Source of the DNA: Eledone cirrhosa
Lineage: Eukaryota
Reading direction: 5' to 3'
Assembly (NCBI GenBank): GCA_964016885.1
Contig: OZ024740.1
Span: forward strand, 437,782,001 to 437,846,000
Length of the DNA stretch: 64,000 nt
Shown: positions 12,400 to 24,768 of the stretch, piece after piece
Layout of the letters: each line of letters starts with the position of its first letter
How positions within the stretch are numbered: position 1 is the stretch's first letter
The notes under the pieces: model-generated
Database searches by the model: none
What the model was told of the DNA's origin: nothing
The model's input: the letters and a program-made list of their open reading frames with translations, nothing else
Translations under genes and position numbers: made by a program

Positions 12400-12715
12400 T
12401 TCATAGCAACATATGAAAAAATCTCATTAAATTTCTACAGAACCATTATATTTAACATTGTTATTGCCATATTTCTAATGAAACGTACTGTCTATGACTC
12501 TCAAAAAATTTTGAAAATAATAAATAACTTGGAGGAATTTAATAACATAACTTACTTTTTCATTATTAAGCTGGTGTTCGGAACATAAGCTAACAATGGG
12601 TCTTACATGAAAGTATGATGGAGGGGTTTAGACAAATATAAATATTTAAAAATAAACAGCTTAGTATTGTGGAATCAGGAGTAGTTTCAGGCAATTTGCT
12701 ATCAAAAGAGTTAAA
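12400..12715 (-). mobile_element. Putative piggyBac-type MITE remnant
   Basis: Ends TATCAAAAGAGTTAA, whose reverse complement resembles TTAACTCTTGATACC at 3303. TTTCTACAGAACCATT is shared with ~3393. Confidence 0.4.
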
Positions 12716-12866
12716 AAGAGAAATGAAATAGTTGACTGGATAAGGTAGGGGAATATCTATTCAATAGCAGTCATTTCATGACTGGATGCTCTTCCTAACA
12801 GCACCACTTAGTGTGAAATATGTGCATTTTATCATAGTGCTAGCATTAGAGAGGTCATATCGACAA

Positions 12867-13020
12867 GGTGAACTGGCAGAGTCGTTAGAACATTGGATAG
12901 AATGCTTTGTGATATTCTTTCCAGTTCTCTGATCTCTGATTTCACCTACTGAGGTTAACTTTGCCTTTCATCTTTTTTGAGGTTGATAAAAATTGTACCA
13001 GTTCAGTACTAGGATTGATT
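12867..13020 (+). mobile_element. SINE family 1 copy
   Basis: TGGCAGAGTCGTTAG head; GAGGTTAACTTTGCCTTTCATC...GTTGATAAAA..GTACCAGT core. Confidence 0.75.
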
Positions 13021-13499
13021 CTTTCACTACACCTCTTTTTCACTTCCTCTCTATCATTCTTTCACACCTCTGGAAGAAATTGGCAGTGTTGAGAGCTGAA
13101 GAGAAGATGGACTCTACGAGGTTTAAAAGATGCCCAAGACACACCATATATCACTCCAACACTAAAGAGTTCTCATTACTTTATACTGTTATTATTTATT
13201 CACAGCAAAGCGACATAGAGAGTGATGAAGAAGGAACCAGGATGGTAGAATGATAGAAGAGATATTATGATAAAGAAATAATGGAACACGTGATAGAATG
13301 ATAGAGTAGATAATTATTGGTAGTCATTCTTTAGTGATTAAAGGAAATCAATTAAAGGTAGAGACAACCAACTATAAGGGAAAACCTCCCCCACCCATCA
13401 GAAACTGACTTTTTGCACAAAAATGAACCTCAAACCACCCAACTAATTACTGGAAACCACTTTCTTCCTGTAAATTTCTATTCAATGCAGCCACAATAA

Positions 13500-13815
13500 A
13501 AAGTAGGTCAAGAGAGAGTGTAAAGATGCTGGAATTGAGGTGTGTAGATGTGTGCTATGTAGAAGAGACGAGATGAAGGTGTGCCTCAGCCACACTTCTA
13601 CAGGCTAGAAATAAATGTTTGAATTCTTAAGGTGGGTAATAACAATAGGGTGGGTCATGTAGAAAAAATGTGAGAAAGGAAATGGTTAGATAACATAAGT
13701 GGAGGTAGTGCAATATGGCTAGTCTTTACTTGGCACAGTCAAAACAGGTAGATCAACAGAAGTACTTTTATGAGGTTCTTCAGCAGACTACCTTGATAAA
13801 TAACAATGATGTTTC
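13500..13815 (+). mobile_element. Old RTE APE-endonuclease remnant
   Basis: KMLELRCVDVCYVEETR and KYFYEVLQQTT resemble EILERKEVDVCCIQETRW and KDRFYESL of the copy at 21.4-22.3 kb. Confidence 0.55.
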
Positions 13816-14196
13816 CAATACTCAGAAGACTATTACAGAAGTAGTTGATTGCTTTTGTTAGCAAGCTAATCTAATTATCTGAGGTAGCTAGAGTATGACT
13901 GCTATCTGTGGAAGTAGTGATTCTGAAATTACAGTAGCTAGAGTATGACTGGTATCTGTGGTAGTTTAGTTATCTATGTTGAAAGGATGAAAATTCATCT
14001 TGACATTAACAGGATTTGAACTCAAAGTACAGAGAACAAGAACAAATACCAGAAGGTTTTCTATCTAATGCTCTAACAACTTTCTATTTGCTATGATTCT
14101 GTTAAAAATATTTTATAAATATTAATATTTTTGTCAGAATCAAACGAGAAAAAGAAATGATCTTTATATTAAAATGTAAGTATATTGATTTGTTAA

Positions 14197-14750
14197 AACC
14201 CAGGAAGACTTGGGATGAAGTGATAAAAGCTAATCTTGGTCAATTGCACCTCTCAAAGATGATGACACAGGACTTAGATCTCTGGCATTATGCAGTAATA
14301 CAGAAGACCCACTTCCCCATGGACAGAAACCGAAGCTGAAGCATATATATATACAGTATGCTCCACCCCACTCTTCCATATCTCCCATGAGGACAGGCTG
14401 AAGCAAAGATCTAATGAAGCCTCCAGCCCACACTCTAAATGGACATGACGATGACACGACAAAAAGCACCCAGTCCACACTATAAAGTGGTCATGTAGGC
14501 AACACGACAAAAAGCACCCAGTCCACACTGTAATGTGGTCATGTAGGTGTCATGTCAAAAAAGCACCCAGTACACACTGTAAATGAAGTTGGTGTTAGGA
14601 AGGGCATCCAGCTGTCGAAACCTAGCCAGATACAGTTCTATATGTGCAAGATATTGTTACCTGATCTGGCATTTCTCACAACAGGACAACTCGTCTAACC
14701 CATGCTAGCATGGTAAAATGGATGTTAAGTGGTGATGATGATGATGATAA
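14197..14750 (+). mobile_element. 5'-truncated RTE (family B) 3' end with (GAT)n tail
   Basis: PRKTWDEVIKA...DLWHYAVIQKT. 3'UTR has three ~53-bp repeats (AAAAAGCACCCAGTCCACACT), then GTTAGGAAGGGCATCCAGC, CCATGCTAGCATGG and (GAT)n. Confidence 0.9.
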
Positions 14751-14790
14751 TTAATGATGTGAAAGAATTTTGAAGTATATAATTTGTTAC

Positions 14791-14872
14791 CTTCCACATT
14801 ATTGATTTGAGATTGAATTCTATCAATTGAGTCGGGATCTGACATCAGTATTGAATTAGGTTTCGTAAAATT
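14791..14872 (-). CDS. Candidate exon G of the unknown minus-strand gene (phase 0 to 1)
   Basis: Long polypyrimidine acceptor ttttatag|AAT, donor GAAG|gtaaca. Only open frame is NFTKPNSILMSDPDSIDRIQSQINNVE. Phase-compatible with exon F. Confidence 0.55.
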
Positions 14873-14973
14873 CTATAAAAAATAAAAAATAAATAAAAGA
14901 TATTGATGATAAACAACAATTATTTTCAATTTAAAGCAGGGATTAGTCATGAGGACCTTATGAAAGCCCTTAC

Positions 14974-15066
14974 ACTTATCATAAGGTTCTAGTTGAGGCA
15001 ATGTTTTATAGTTTGATAACCTTAGTGCCAATCTGTTTAGTCGCCTCTTACAACATTGCACGTATT
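14974..15066 (-). CDS. Candidate exon that is phase-discordant with its neighbours
   Basis: ttttag|AATAC...AAGT|gtaagg, open only in phase 1: EYVQCCKRRLNRLALRLSNYKTLPQLEPYDK. An upstream acceptor near 15104 adds EVFIKKLNSIVL. It does not chain with exon F without an unseen exon. Confidence 0.3.
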
Positions 15067-15174
15067 CTAAAACAATTGAATTTAATTTCTTAATGAATAC
15101 TTCTTACAGAATGAAAATATAAACACAAATAATAAATACAATTAATTATTGCTAGGAACTTTATAAATATAAAG

Positions 15175-15895
15175 TACATCCCTAAAATTGTCAAGAGGGC
15201 CAAGGGTGTCTTGGCATCACTCAGCAAGACCTTTGTCAGCCGCTCTCCAGCTATCTATTTAAAGCTGTATATAGCTATGGTGGGGCCACACTTAGAATTT
15301 ACATCACCAGTCTGGAAACCCTATCTTCCTCAGAACATTGACCTCCTGGAAACTGTTCAGAGATGTGCAACCAAGCGAATATCCTCCATCAGGCATCTAC
15401 CATACTCTGAATGCCTTGCTTCCCTGGGCATGGATACATTGAAGCTCCGACGTCTGGCAACTGACTTGGTAAACACCCACAAGATTATTAACCATCTTGC
15501 CAACAACAACCCTAAGCATCTTTTTGATTTTCATGTGTCTAACACACATGGACAAGCTTACAAAATCAGAAAACAGCACAGCTCCCATGACTTTCGGAAA
15601 CATTTTTTCACGTTAAGAGTTGTTGAAGCATGGAACAAACTACCTGCATCAGTTATTAGCTGTCGGGGATACTGCATCCTTCAAAACATCCATGCTTCCT
15701 GAGATTCACCAACACTACACCAGATACATCCCCCCCCCCCAACACACATATGCATGTGTGTTTGCGTATATCATGACTCATTCACTTTCCTGACATTTGT
15801 ACATTATTCTATATACTATACATGCACTTTTGATGAATTGTAATGCACCTGAGCACTGTACACAACAATTTCATTATTATTATTATTATTATTAT
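15175..15895 (+). mobile_element. 5'-truncated CR1-clade LINE with (ATT)n tail
   Basis: LYIAMVGPHLEFTSPVWKPY, LETVQRCATK, THGQAYKI, RKHFFTLRVVEAWNKLP; conserved 3'UTR GCACCTGAGCACTGTACACAA and (ATT)n. Confidence 0.92.
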
Positions 15896-16050
15896 ACATA
15901 AAAATATTTGATGAAAGTGAGAGAGAAAGAAACTCCAAAACTAGAAAAGAGGAAAATACTAAAATAAGATGTATACAATTTTTTTAAAGAACAAAGATGG
16001 TAGAATATGTTGTGTCCAACTAAACAACATCCTATTATTTAATACTTCTG

Positions 16051-16204
16051 GTGGTTTTGTAGTATCGGTAGAGCTTCAGACACCATGCTTTGCAGCATAG
16101 AGTTATAGCCCTTTACATTTGAGTTCAAATTCCGCTGAGGTTAACTTTGCCTGTCATCCTTACGTACTGGGGTAATTGCTGGCCTTGTGCCAAAAGTAGC
16201 AACA
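16051..16204 (+). mobile_element. SINE family 1 copy with 17-bp target-site duplication
   Basis: ATTATTTAATACTTCTG at 16034-16050 and 16205-16221. B-box GAGTTCAAATTCC. Confidence 0.88.
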
Positions 16205-16359
16205 ATTATTTAATACTTCTGACATAAAACTACCCCTTGTAGTGCTGTGTAATGGAGTGTACATGTCTTATCTGTCACCACCACGACCACTGTCACCACC
16301 ACCACCACCATTGTCACCACTGTCAATTTTAAAATAAAAATTGTGTTTGAATAACTTAC

Positions 16360-16612
16360 TAATTCCATAAGAATCTCCTCTGCTTTACAGCTTGTAATAG
16401 TGATAGATAATAATATATTATTCATATTTGGCACACAAGGCTGACCAACTGACATTAAAATGTTGGATTGTGGGATAATCTTAGAAGTTCCATTTAATTT
16501 TCTGTCCAAGTGAGCAAGGAAAGTTTTGAAATCAAATATTTTCACTGTTTCAAATCGCTTCAAGTTGTTAAATTCTTGATTTTCATTTTGAGTAATATAA
16601 TAAATACGACAC
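16360..16612 (-). CDS. Exon F of the unknown minus-strand gene (253 nt, phase 2 to 0)
   Basis: tttctag|G TGT CGT ... GAA TTA|gtaagt. 84 open codons CRIYYITQNENQEFNNLKRFETVKIFDFKTFLAHLDRKL...KAEEILMEL. Phase matches exon E. Confidence 0.75.
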
Positions 16613-16664
16613 CTAGAAATATATAAAATGTTTTATGAAATAAATTTAAAAAAAGGAATATATA

Positions 16665-16900
16665 ATGTGTTTGTGTGTATGATGTAGTGTGTAGTGTGTA
16701 TGGTGTGGTGGGGTCGGGTGCGGCGTACTACAGTGCAGGGCAGGGTAGGGTAGGGTGAGGTAGCGTAGCGTGGCGTGGTGTCATGAAGTGTAATGGAGTG
16801 TCGTGTCGTGGAGTGTAGTGTGGTGTGGTGTACTGTGGTGTCATGAAGTGTAGTGGAGTGTGGTGTGGTGTGTGTGATGGGATGGTGCTTGCGTGTGTTA
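16665..16900. repeat. Degenerate GTGTG/GTGTA pentamer microsatellite
   Basis: Runs of gtgtg, gtagt, gtagg and gcgtg units. Confidence 0.85.
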
Positions 16901-17184
16901 TGTAAAATAGATTATGTTAAAACTCTTGCAAAAATCTTTAATATCACATGATCTCCTTTTGTATTTTTGTAAAAGAAAAGAAAGAAAAAGAATAGGAAAT
17001 TTTAAAAATAAAAGTTGAACCAAATGATGTTTGCTAGAGGGAGCTACACACCATGAGGGTAAGTAATGATTCTAACATAAAAAGAAGTTCTTAGGTTTAG
17101 ATTTACTGGCTATGTCAACATGCTGAGAATATTTTGAGTACAGTAAGGAAGAAAGAAAATACTGTATGTGATTTACAATCAAGT

Positions 17185-18260
17185 ATATTAAAATTTTGTA
17201 GATGTTAGTAGTTATGGCATCTAGAAAAGTTGAATAAATTTTGGTTTTAGAGTTAGGAAAGTACTCTAAGTACAAAAGGACAACTGTATGATGCCTATCT
17301 GCAAAGTGCAATGTTGCATGGTAGTAGAACATGGGCTATGACTGCAGAGGACATGCATAGGATGGAGACAAATGAAGCAACCATGCTTTGTTACATGTGC
17401 AATGTAAGTGTGAGACAAAGGCAGAGCTTGAACAAGCTGAGGAAGAAACTAGGTTAAAAAGAAATCCAACGTGGTGTGCAAGAGAGAAGACTGCATTGGT
17501 ATGGACATGTGATGCACATGGATGATGATCGCTGAGTGAAGATGTGCCAGGAAATCTCAGTGGAAGGAAGCTGTAGTAGAGGTAGACCAAGAAAGACCTG
17601 GACAGAGGTGATAAGAGTTGATCTCAAATTGCTGAGATTCACTGAGGCGATGACAAAGGAATGTGGTGAGTGGAGAGATGCTGTACTGAAAAGAACCTGC
17701 CCAACCAATACAAGCATGGAAAAATGATGGTGGTGGTTTTTAATGGTGTAAGCAGGAAAGAGGATAGCTCTCTGAGACCATCAGGTAAACAGCCATGCTT
17801 AATATGCCAAAATGGTGTAGGTAGAAACTCCATATGGAGTACCCAGTGTGGACAAGGGATGTAGCTGGGTCACAGATAAGCTGACAGAGAAAGTAGATTT
17901 CAGATATGACAGGTACACAGAAGTAGTCAATAGCTCTTTTATAGTTACAGTAAAAGTACTTGGAAAAATAAACTCCCTCATATGCTCAGAAGACTCACTA
18001 GAAATAGTAGGTAGCTTTTGCAATCTAGAGGACCTTATTAGCTGTGGAGATATATGTAGCAAAAGTGTTGTAACTAGGGTGGAATAAAGAGTAGTTACCT
18101 TTACTGGCAACAAAAGGCTTCTCAGAATGAAGATCAGATTATATGCTTTTGTTCAAACTGCTATACAGCATGGTAGCAAAATATCAGCCTTAAATGCAAA
18201 CAATTTTACAGCAGCTAAAAAGAAATGAAGCATTTATGCTTCACTGGATGTGCAATTTTA
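17185..18260 (+). mobile_element. Two adjacent old RTE fragments
   Basis: 17185-17735 has LHWYGHVM, GRPRKTWTEVI and a 3' end. 17750-18260 has the Cys-insert region (CLICQNGVGRNSI) and EIVGSFCNLEDLIS. Confidence 0.8.
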
Positions 18261-18861
18261 AGTGGATCACACAGAATTGGTTTAAAGCCAACTGTGAATA
18301 TTTCAAAAGCAACTGGAATTAATAACTTATATTTAGCTCCTTTGAATAAAAAGTGTTATTACAATCTTAACAATCAATGTTTTCACACTGGCATGGATTG
18401 CATGGGTCTGACAGCTCTTCATTTATCTATCCTTTATCGCATCTGCTAAATTTAGCTCTTTCTCAGATTCACTATCTTAAAATTAGACCTTGCCAATCTT
18501 TTCAAGTCTTTCTTAGTCTTCTTCTACAGGTACATCCCCCACCATCACCCCAACAACTACAACATAGGCTTGTATTATGCCTAATTTTCATATCTTTCTG
18601 ATTATTTTTTGCTTTTACCAAAAGCTACTAATTAATAATATATTCTGAAGGAAACATTACTGATTAGAAACAATCCAATAATGATTAGTTAGTTTTATTC
18701 TATGACTCTAAAAGATTTGATATCTCTACATTTCTTTAACTCTATATACATCCAAACATGTATTTGCCCTGTCTTTCCTTATATGATTAACATATATTAA
18801 CATCTCTTAAGATAGCTGGTACAACTTATATACAACTGGGCCTTCTACTTGTCTGTTAAAC

Positions 18862-19165
18862 ACACATGTGGAATAATCTAGGATATTCTAATATATGGCC
18901 AACACTAGTCTATCAATTACACATGTGGGATATCCAGAATATTCTAATACTTGGCCAACACTAGTCTCTCAATTACACATGTGGGATATCCAGAATATTC
19001 TAATACTTGGCCAACACTAGTCTATCAATTACACATGTGGCATATCCAGAATATTCTAATACTTGGCCAACACTAGTCTATCAATTACACATGTGGGATA
19101 TCCAGAATATTCTAATACTTGGCCAACACTAGTCTCTCAATTACACATGTGGGATATTCTAGTCT
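18862..19165. repeat. 56-bp minisatellite, ~5 copies
   Basis: ACACATGTGG recurs at 18919, 18975, 19031, 19087 and 19143 (period 56). Confidence 0.95.
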
Positions 19166-19589
19166 ACAAGAGAAAATAACAATGATACCCATGACCATAG
19201 CAGCAGAGTCTGCTCTCTTGTAAACTAATTCAATTATCTCTTCTACCCAGTTTTTCTGGACTGGTCACCATTATCTACCAATGAGATAGTTTGCAGGGGG
19301 ACCTCATGGAAATGGTTCTTTTGTTAGTCAGTCATGATTATGGTGTATAGGCTGTGGTTTCTATTGCTCTTGTGTGGACTAACACTTAAGTGTGCCCTCA
19401 CATATTCTGATCTGTCAAACTCATTAACTACATCTATGTATGTCTCTAGAGTACAATCAAGATATATATCTTTTTATTATTGCTGGATGTTGGGCTGTGG
19501 TTTGGCTGTATCGGTACAACATCAAGCAACATGCTCTGTGGCATATAGTTATGGTTATTTACATTGTAAATGTTCAAAATGCAGCCAAA

Positions 19590-19910
19590 GTTAGCTTTTC
19601 TTTTCATCCTCACAGGGTTGATAAAGCACCAGTAATGCACTCAGGTTGATTTAATTGACTTTCCCCTCCCTGCAAAATTGTTGACTTTGTGCCTAAATCA
19701 TAAACCATAATTATTGGATGTTTTTCTGATATGTAATTCATCAACAGCAGTTCTGAGCCAAATAAGCTGATAAGAATGGCAGAGTCATTAGATCATAGAA
19801 CAGGATGATTTGGGATATTTGTTCTGACTCACTGCATTCTGAATCAAACCCCAACAACGTCAACTTTGTCTTTCATCCTTTTGAAGTGGATAAAATAAAT
19901 TATTGGGGTT
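19590..19910 (+). mobile_element. Two diverged SINE family 1 copies
   Basis: CTTTTCATCCT...GTTGATAAAGCACCAGTAATGCAC...TTGTGCCTAAA, then TGGCAGAGTCATTAG...CTTTCATCCTTTT...GATAAAATAA. Confidence 0.65.
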
Positions 19911-20509
19911 ACAGCTAAATCATTTGGAGGTGGTTGCTTCAGATAGGACTCTCTGGAAGGTATGTATGAGGACTGTGCCACTATGACCTTCCCAGGAATA
20001 AATGAGTGAAGGTGGAAGAGGAAGAGGTGAGGAGTAGGAGGATGATATAAGCTTACTTTAAATATTTCATTTAGTAGATTTCTACATAGAGATTGGTATG
20101 TTGACCTGAGGACATGGCAACCTTCCTAATATTGGTGATCTACATGATACATGCACCCAGTGCACTCTTTAAAGAGGATAGTAATAGGTAGAGCATCTAG
20201 CCTTAGAAAACCTGTCAAACAAAGGGTCGGTAGGACTCTTCAGCAGAGTCAAAGCTATAAAAACCTCCCTAGTGCTGGTACTATAATAAAATGTACTCAG
20301 TGGAGAAGAGGAATATAAGTTAGATGCAGGACCATGACACATCTGAGGGGGTCAGGATCCCTACTTGAATACTAGCTAGCAAGGACAACAGATGTTAAAT
20401 GATGATGATGATGACAATGATAGATAAAAGGTTTAAATTATCATCAGACAGGATTCAAACTTTCAAAAGATAACTGCACGAACACTTCTGTCACTTTTGT
20501 TCTTGACAA

Positions 20510-20800
20510 AGCAGTGAGTGACATAGCAATGACACAGATGGCAGTGATACACATGGTAGTGGCACAGCTGTGACACAAATGGCAGTGACACAGCTGTGAT
20601 ACAAATGACAATGACAGCTGTGACACACAGATGGCAGTAACACAAATGACAATGACAAAGCTGTGACACAAATGGCAGTGGCACAGCTGAGAGACAAATG
20701 GCAGTGACACAGCTGTGTCACACATGCAGTGAAATACATGGCAGTGACACAGCTATGTCATTACTGTGTCACAGCTGTGTTCCTGCCATGTCACTACTGT
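20510..20800. repeat. Degenerate GACACAAATGGCAGTGACACAGCTGT minisatellite, partly inverted at the right end
   Basis: Recurring GTGACACAGCTGT and GGCAGTG words; palindrome GTGACACAGCTGTGTCAC near 20704. The Cys/His-rich ORFs here are repeat artefacts. Confidence 0.8.
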
Positions 20801-20804
20801 CACC

Positions 20805-21055
20805 CCTTATGGGGTCAATAAAATAAAGTACCAGTAACAAACTGAGGTCAATTTAATCGACTTTCCCAGTCCCTCCAAATTGTTGGCCTTGTGCCTAAAT
20901 CAAAACAATTATTATTATTACCATTTAATTAAGTGCAATGAACTGGCAAAATTGTAAAGTGTCAGATCAAATACTTTGTGAGTTGAATCAGTCAAAGATC
21001 AAGTTTGGTTTTCGTCCCTCAAAAATCAATAAAACACCAGTCAAGTACTGGGTTT
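20805..21055 (+). mobile_element. Two diverged SINE family 1 fragments
   Basis: GGGGTCAATAAAATAAAGTACCAGTAA...GGCCTTGTGCCTAAA with (ATT)n, followed by an AACTGGCAAAATTGT head. Confidence 0.6.
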
Positions 21056-22670
21056 CATCATCATCATCATCATCGTTTAACGTCCATCTTCCATGCTAGC
21101 ATGGGTTTGAACGGGAATTTTACCACTTGAGGCAAGATTGGTTGTCTTGCTCGTATAGGACTGTCTGGCAGGTTTTCTATGGCTGGATGCCCTTCCTAAA
21201 ACCAACCACATTTACAGTGTGGACTGGGAGGTTTTTACCGTGTTACCTACACGGCCACATTACAGCATGGACTGTGTGTATTTTTGTCGTGACACCTACA
21301 CGACCTCATTTATTTAGGACTGGATGTTGTGGTACCAACATAACTTTACATCGAAAGGGGTGGTGTGGATGTTGTAGGGGTAGTGGGACAGGGGTGTATA
21401 TTCTCCTCATTTAGTAGTCTCTCGTAATGATACTTCCAAGCTACCTTCTTATCAGCATCAGTGAGGGCAAGTACGCCATCATTACAGACACACTTCTCCC
21501 CGACAATATCACAATTTTCCTTCACACATTGTCTTACGATCCTGAACACCTCGTGATTTAGAACATGCTTGAACTTTCTATCCTCTGCTTCCCTTCTTGC
21601 AAGGTACACTTGTCTCCTAGCTTCTCTCCTGGCTACTTGATAGTGTTCTCTACTTCCCCCATCCCGCCATACTTTCCAAGCCTGCTTTTTGGCCTTGATT
21701 GACTCCTCCACCTTACTGTTCCACCACCAAGTTACTCTCCTGTTACAGATAGTTAGGTTACTTGCGTCACAGAATTCCAGGATTCTAGAGCCTTCCTCAT
21801 TTCTAGTACCAAACCCATAGCCTCCATGGATTCCATCATAGCCGTCACAATGTTGTCCAACATGACCATTTAGGTCGCCAGCGATAATTATGTAGTCACT
21901 GTCAGTTATTTGGGAGGTAGTGAGCATTAACGACTCATAGAATCTGTCTTTTATAGTGCCAGGCAGTCCGGATTGGAGTGCATACGCAGATATTATTGTC
22001 ACAGTAGTTCTATTTAGGACAAGTTTTATTTTAATTATTCTGTCATTCACTCTATTTACGTCTATTATCTTATCTGCCCATTTTTCTGCTAGCGTGATTC
22101 CTACTCCACCCAGCCCATTGTCATTCCCCACCCAGAAAAGCTTATAGCATCGTTTTTTTACCCACAATGAATCTAGCAGACCCACCCCTCCACCTGGTCT
22201 CTTGAATACAGCAAACATCGACCTCCTTACGTTCAAGGATTTCTACAACCTCGTTAGAGCGACCTTTTAAGGTGCCTACATTCATGGTACCAACTCTGAA
22301 GTTTTGGATTGCGTTTGGTGGGTGGGAACGGTGGGGGCACAGGGAGGGGTGAGGAAGATGGGGTTATGTTAGCCATCCGCGGCCGAAATAAAGAAGGGGA
22401 GTCCTTGCATTCTCGTCCAGCAGCATGAGGTGAATTTGTCTTTATCTTTGACATTGGCACTGAGTGTCCAGATTTTTTTTCTTTTCAAACTCTCCAGAAT
22501 TCCGTAGTCCATCCATCATATCGAAAGGCAACTAGGTCTAAACTTAAGAAGTGATAGCATAGGCCGCTGACTTATGATTGGTCCACGTAATAATGGTGGT
22601 GAGTGGGGGCGGGTGGGAGGGATATGGGGTAGTTAGCGAGGTTTAAATAAAATCCTCGAATTTTGGGCAT
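21056..22670 (-). mobile_element. RTE (family B) retaining 5' region, APE endonuclease and 3' end but lacking RT
   Basis: FRVGTMNVGTLKGR, DVCCIQETRW, IISAYA, IIAGDLNGHVG, GFGTRNEEGSRILEFC, TWWWN; jumps at ~21400 into the 3'UTR and (CAT)n tail. Confidence 0.9.
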
Positions 22671-22681
22671 AATTGAACAAG

Positions 22682-23845
22682 CATCATCATCATCATCGTT
22701 TAACGTCCATTTTCCATGCTAGCATGGGTTAGACGAGAGTTGTCCCATTTGAGGCAAGGTTGGTCGGATGACCATGTCTCGCTCATATAGGACTATCTGG
22801 CAGGTTTTCTACGGCTGGATGCCCTTCCTAACACCAACCACATTTACAGTGTGGAACTGGGAACTTTTTACTGTGTTACCTACACGGCCACATTACAGCG
22901 TGGGCTGTGTGTTTTTTTTCTCATGACACCTACACGATCTCAATCTCATTATCTCATTTATTTGGACTGGATGTTGTGGTGCCAACTTTATAGAGAGAGG
23001 GTGGTGTTAGGTGGGAGTGGAAGGATAGGGTAGGGGTAGTGGATTGGGGTGTATATTTGGTTAAGAGGTGCCTACTGACTGTAGGTTTCGCTTTGTACAT
23101 AGGCAAGGCGGGTCTTCTGTATTACTGTGTAGCACCAAAGATCTCAGTCCAGTGACATTGTCTTAGAGAGGTGCAAGTGTGTAAGGTCGGAATTTATCAG
23201 ATCGTCCTAGATTTTTTGGGGTCTGCCTACTCCATAACTACCATCAATTTTGATCGCCCTGCACTTTTTTATATAGCTATCGTCTTTCATGCGCATCACA
23301 TGGCCATACCAACGTAGTCTTCTCTCGAGTAAACAGCATCTGATCCCTCTTATTCCTAATTTTTCACTTAGTTCATTTATGCTTTGCCGTTCACGTATAT
23401 TACTATTACACATCCAACGGAGCATGCATGCTTCATTCCTTTCCAGTCTACGCAGGTCCTCTGCACGTAATGCCCATGTCTCACTGCCATGTAGCATTGC
23501 TGTTCGTATACAAGCATCATACAATCTGCCTTTCATTTTTAAAGAGAAACCTTTTGTGGCCAACAGCGGTATAAGTTCTCTGAACTTTTTCCATCCCGTT
23601 CTGACTCTAGCTACTGTACTTTCAGAACACCCTCCACCACTGCTGATTTTGTCCCCCAGGTAACGGAAAGTGTCTACTATTTCTATAGAACCATCTGGGC
23701 AATAGAAGGGGCTAGTATCCTGTGGACACTTTCTACCTATTGCACCTGAGCATCGGCCACATATAAAGTCTACGTTCTTAGATAGTTTACCTGTGATCCC
23801 ACTCCATCTTTTATGTACCCATACTTTTCATTTGGGACATAAAAT
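22682..23845 (-). mobile_element. 5'-truncated RTE (family B)
   Basis: FRYLGDKISSGGG, MLHGSETWAL, RRLRWYGHVMRM, GRPQK; 3'UTR and (CAT)n tail at 22682. Confidence 0.93.
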
Positions 23846-24619
23846 TTTTTATACGTTTATTTAATTATCTATACACGCACACACATGTATATATATATAT
23901 TTTATGTGTATTTGGTGTATACGTTCGTATGTGTGCGGTACAGGCGTTGCGTGGGCTCTGTATGTGCGTGCGTTTTTTTTTTTTTAATATAATAGTATAT
24001 AACAGTAATAAGAAAAGAGTTATGGGATTTTAAAATACAAGAAGAGCATTTTGAACAATCAGACAGAATTATCGAATAGCATTGAAAAAGCAAAGATTGG
24101 ATTCTGGACGAAATGATCGATAGATGAATGGACCGGGGAAGATGGAGAGAAGAGAAAAGAAAATAGCATTTGTACATTACATTTCGCAGAGGAGTGAGCG
24201 AGTAGTCTAGCCAAGAATAAGGGATTGACAAATTCTGAGTTTCGTACCTCGCAACAGGTTTATTTTATATTGGGGAAGAGAGGAAGGGATTGAGAGAGAA
24301 CCAGCAGACGTGTATACAATATATAGGGGGGGGGGGGTGAAGAATAGGAGGGAGCAGAGAAGGTTATTTTATAAAATTTTATTAACTTTGCTCTTCCCTC
24401 AAATTTGCTGCCTATTGTAGAAATCCTAATTATTATCTAATTATAATTGTGTCAAAAAAAGAATAGCAAAAATTAATGGCTGAAATATGTTAAATTCTTA
24501 ATTTTTTGATACTTGTTAGTTTTCAATGAAATACCGAAAGAAAAGAAAAGCAAGAAAACAAAGAGGAATAAAAAAAATGAGACAAACAAAAACCAAAATA
24601 AGACATTTTAAATACCTAC

Positions 24620-24768
24620 TGGCAACTTCGTTTAGCAAAAATATTCATTTCATCATCGACAAAGATCTCAATTCCTCGCTTTAAGCCATTGATTATTTTC
24701 TGTCCAATTGGTTCTTGTGAAAGACTATCTAGTTGTAGGCAAAGAAAGTCTGATGATTCCTTCATATA
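24620..24768 (-). CDS. Exon E of the unknown minus-strand gene (149 nt, phase 0 to 2)
   Basis: tttttatccag|TAT ATG ... TGC CA|gtaggt. Only open frame is YMKESSDFLCLQLDSLSQEPIGQKIINGLKRGIEIFVDDEMNIFAKRSC. Confidence 0.7.

Noticed and set aside
18862-19165. CRISPR-like repeat-spacer array
   Set aside because: The whole 56-bp unit is repeated and there is no variable spacer.
20444-20739. Cys/His-rich metallothionein-like ORFs
   Set aside because: Translations of a minisatellite that is open in all three minus frames.
24228-24262. Further hammerhead on the minus strand (CTGTTGC...GAAACTCAG)
   Set aside because: The core deviates from CUGANGA and stem II does not pair.
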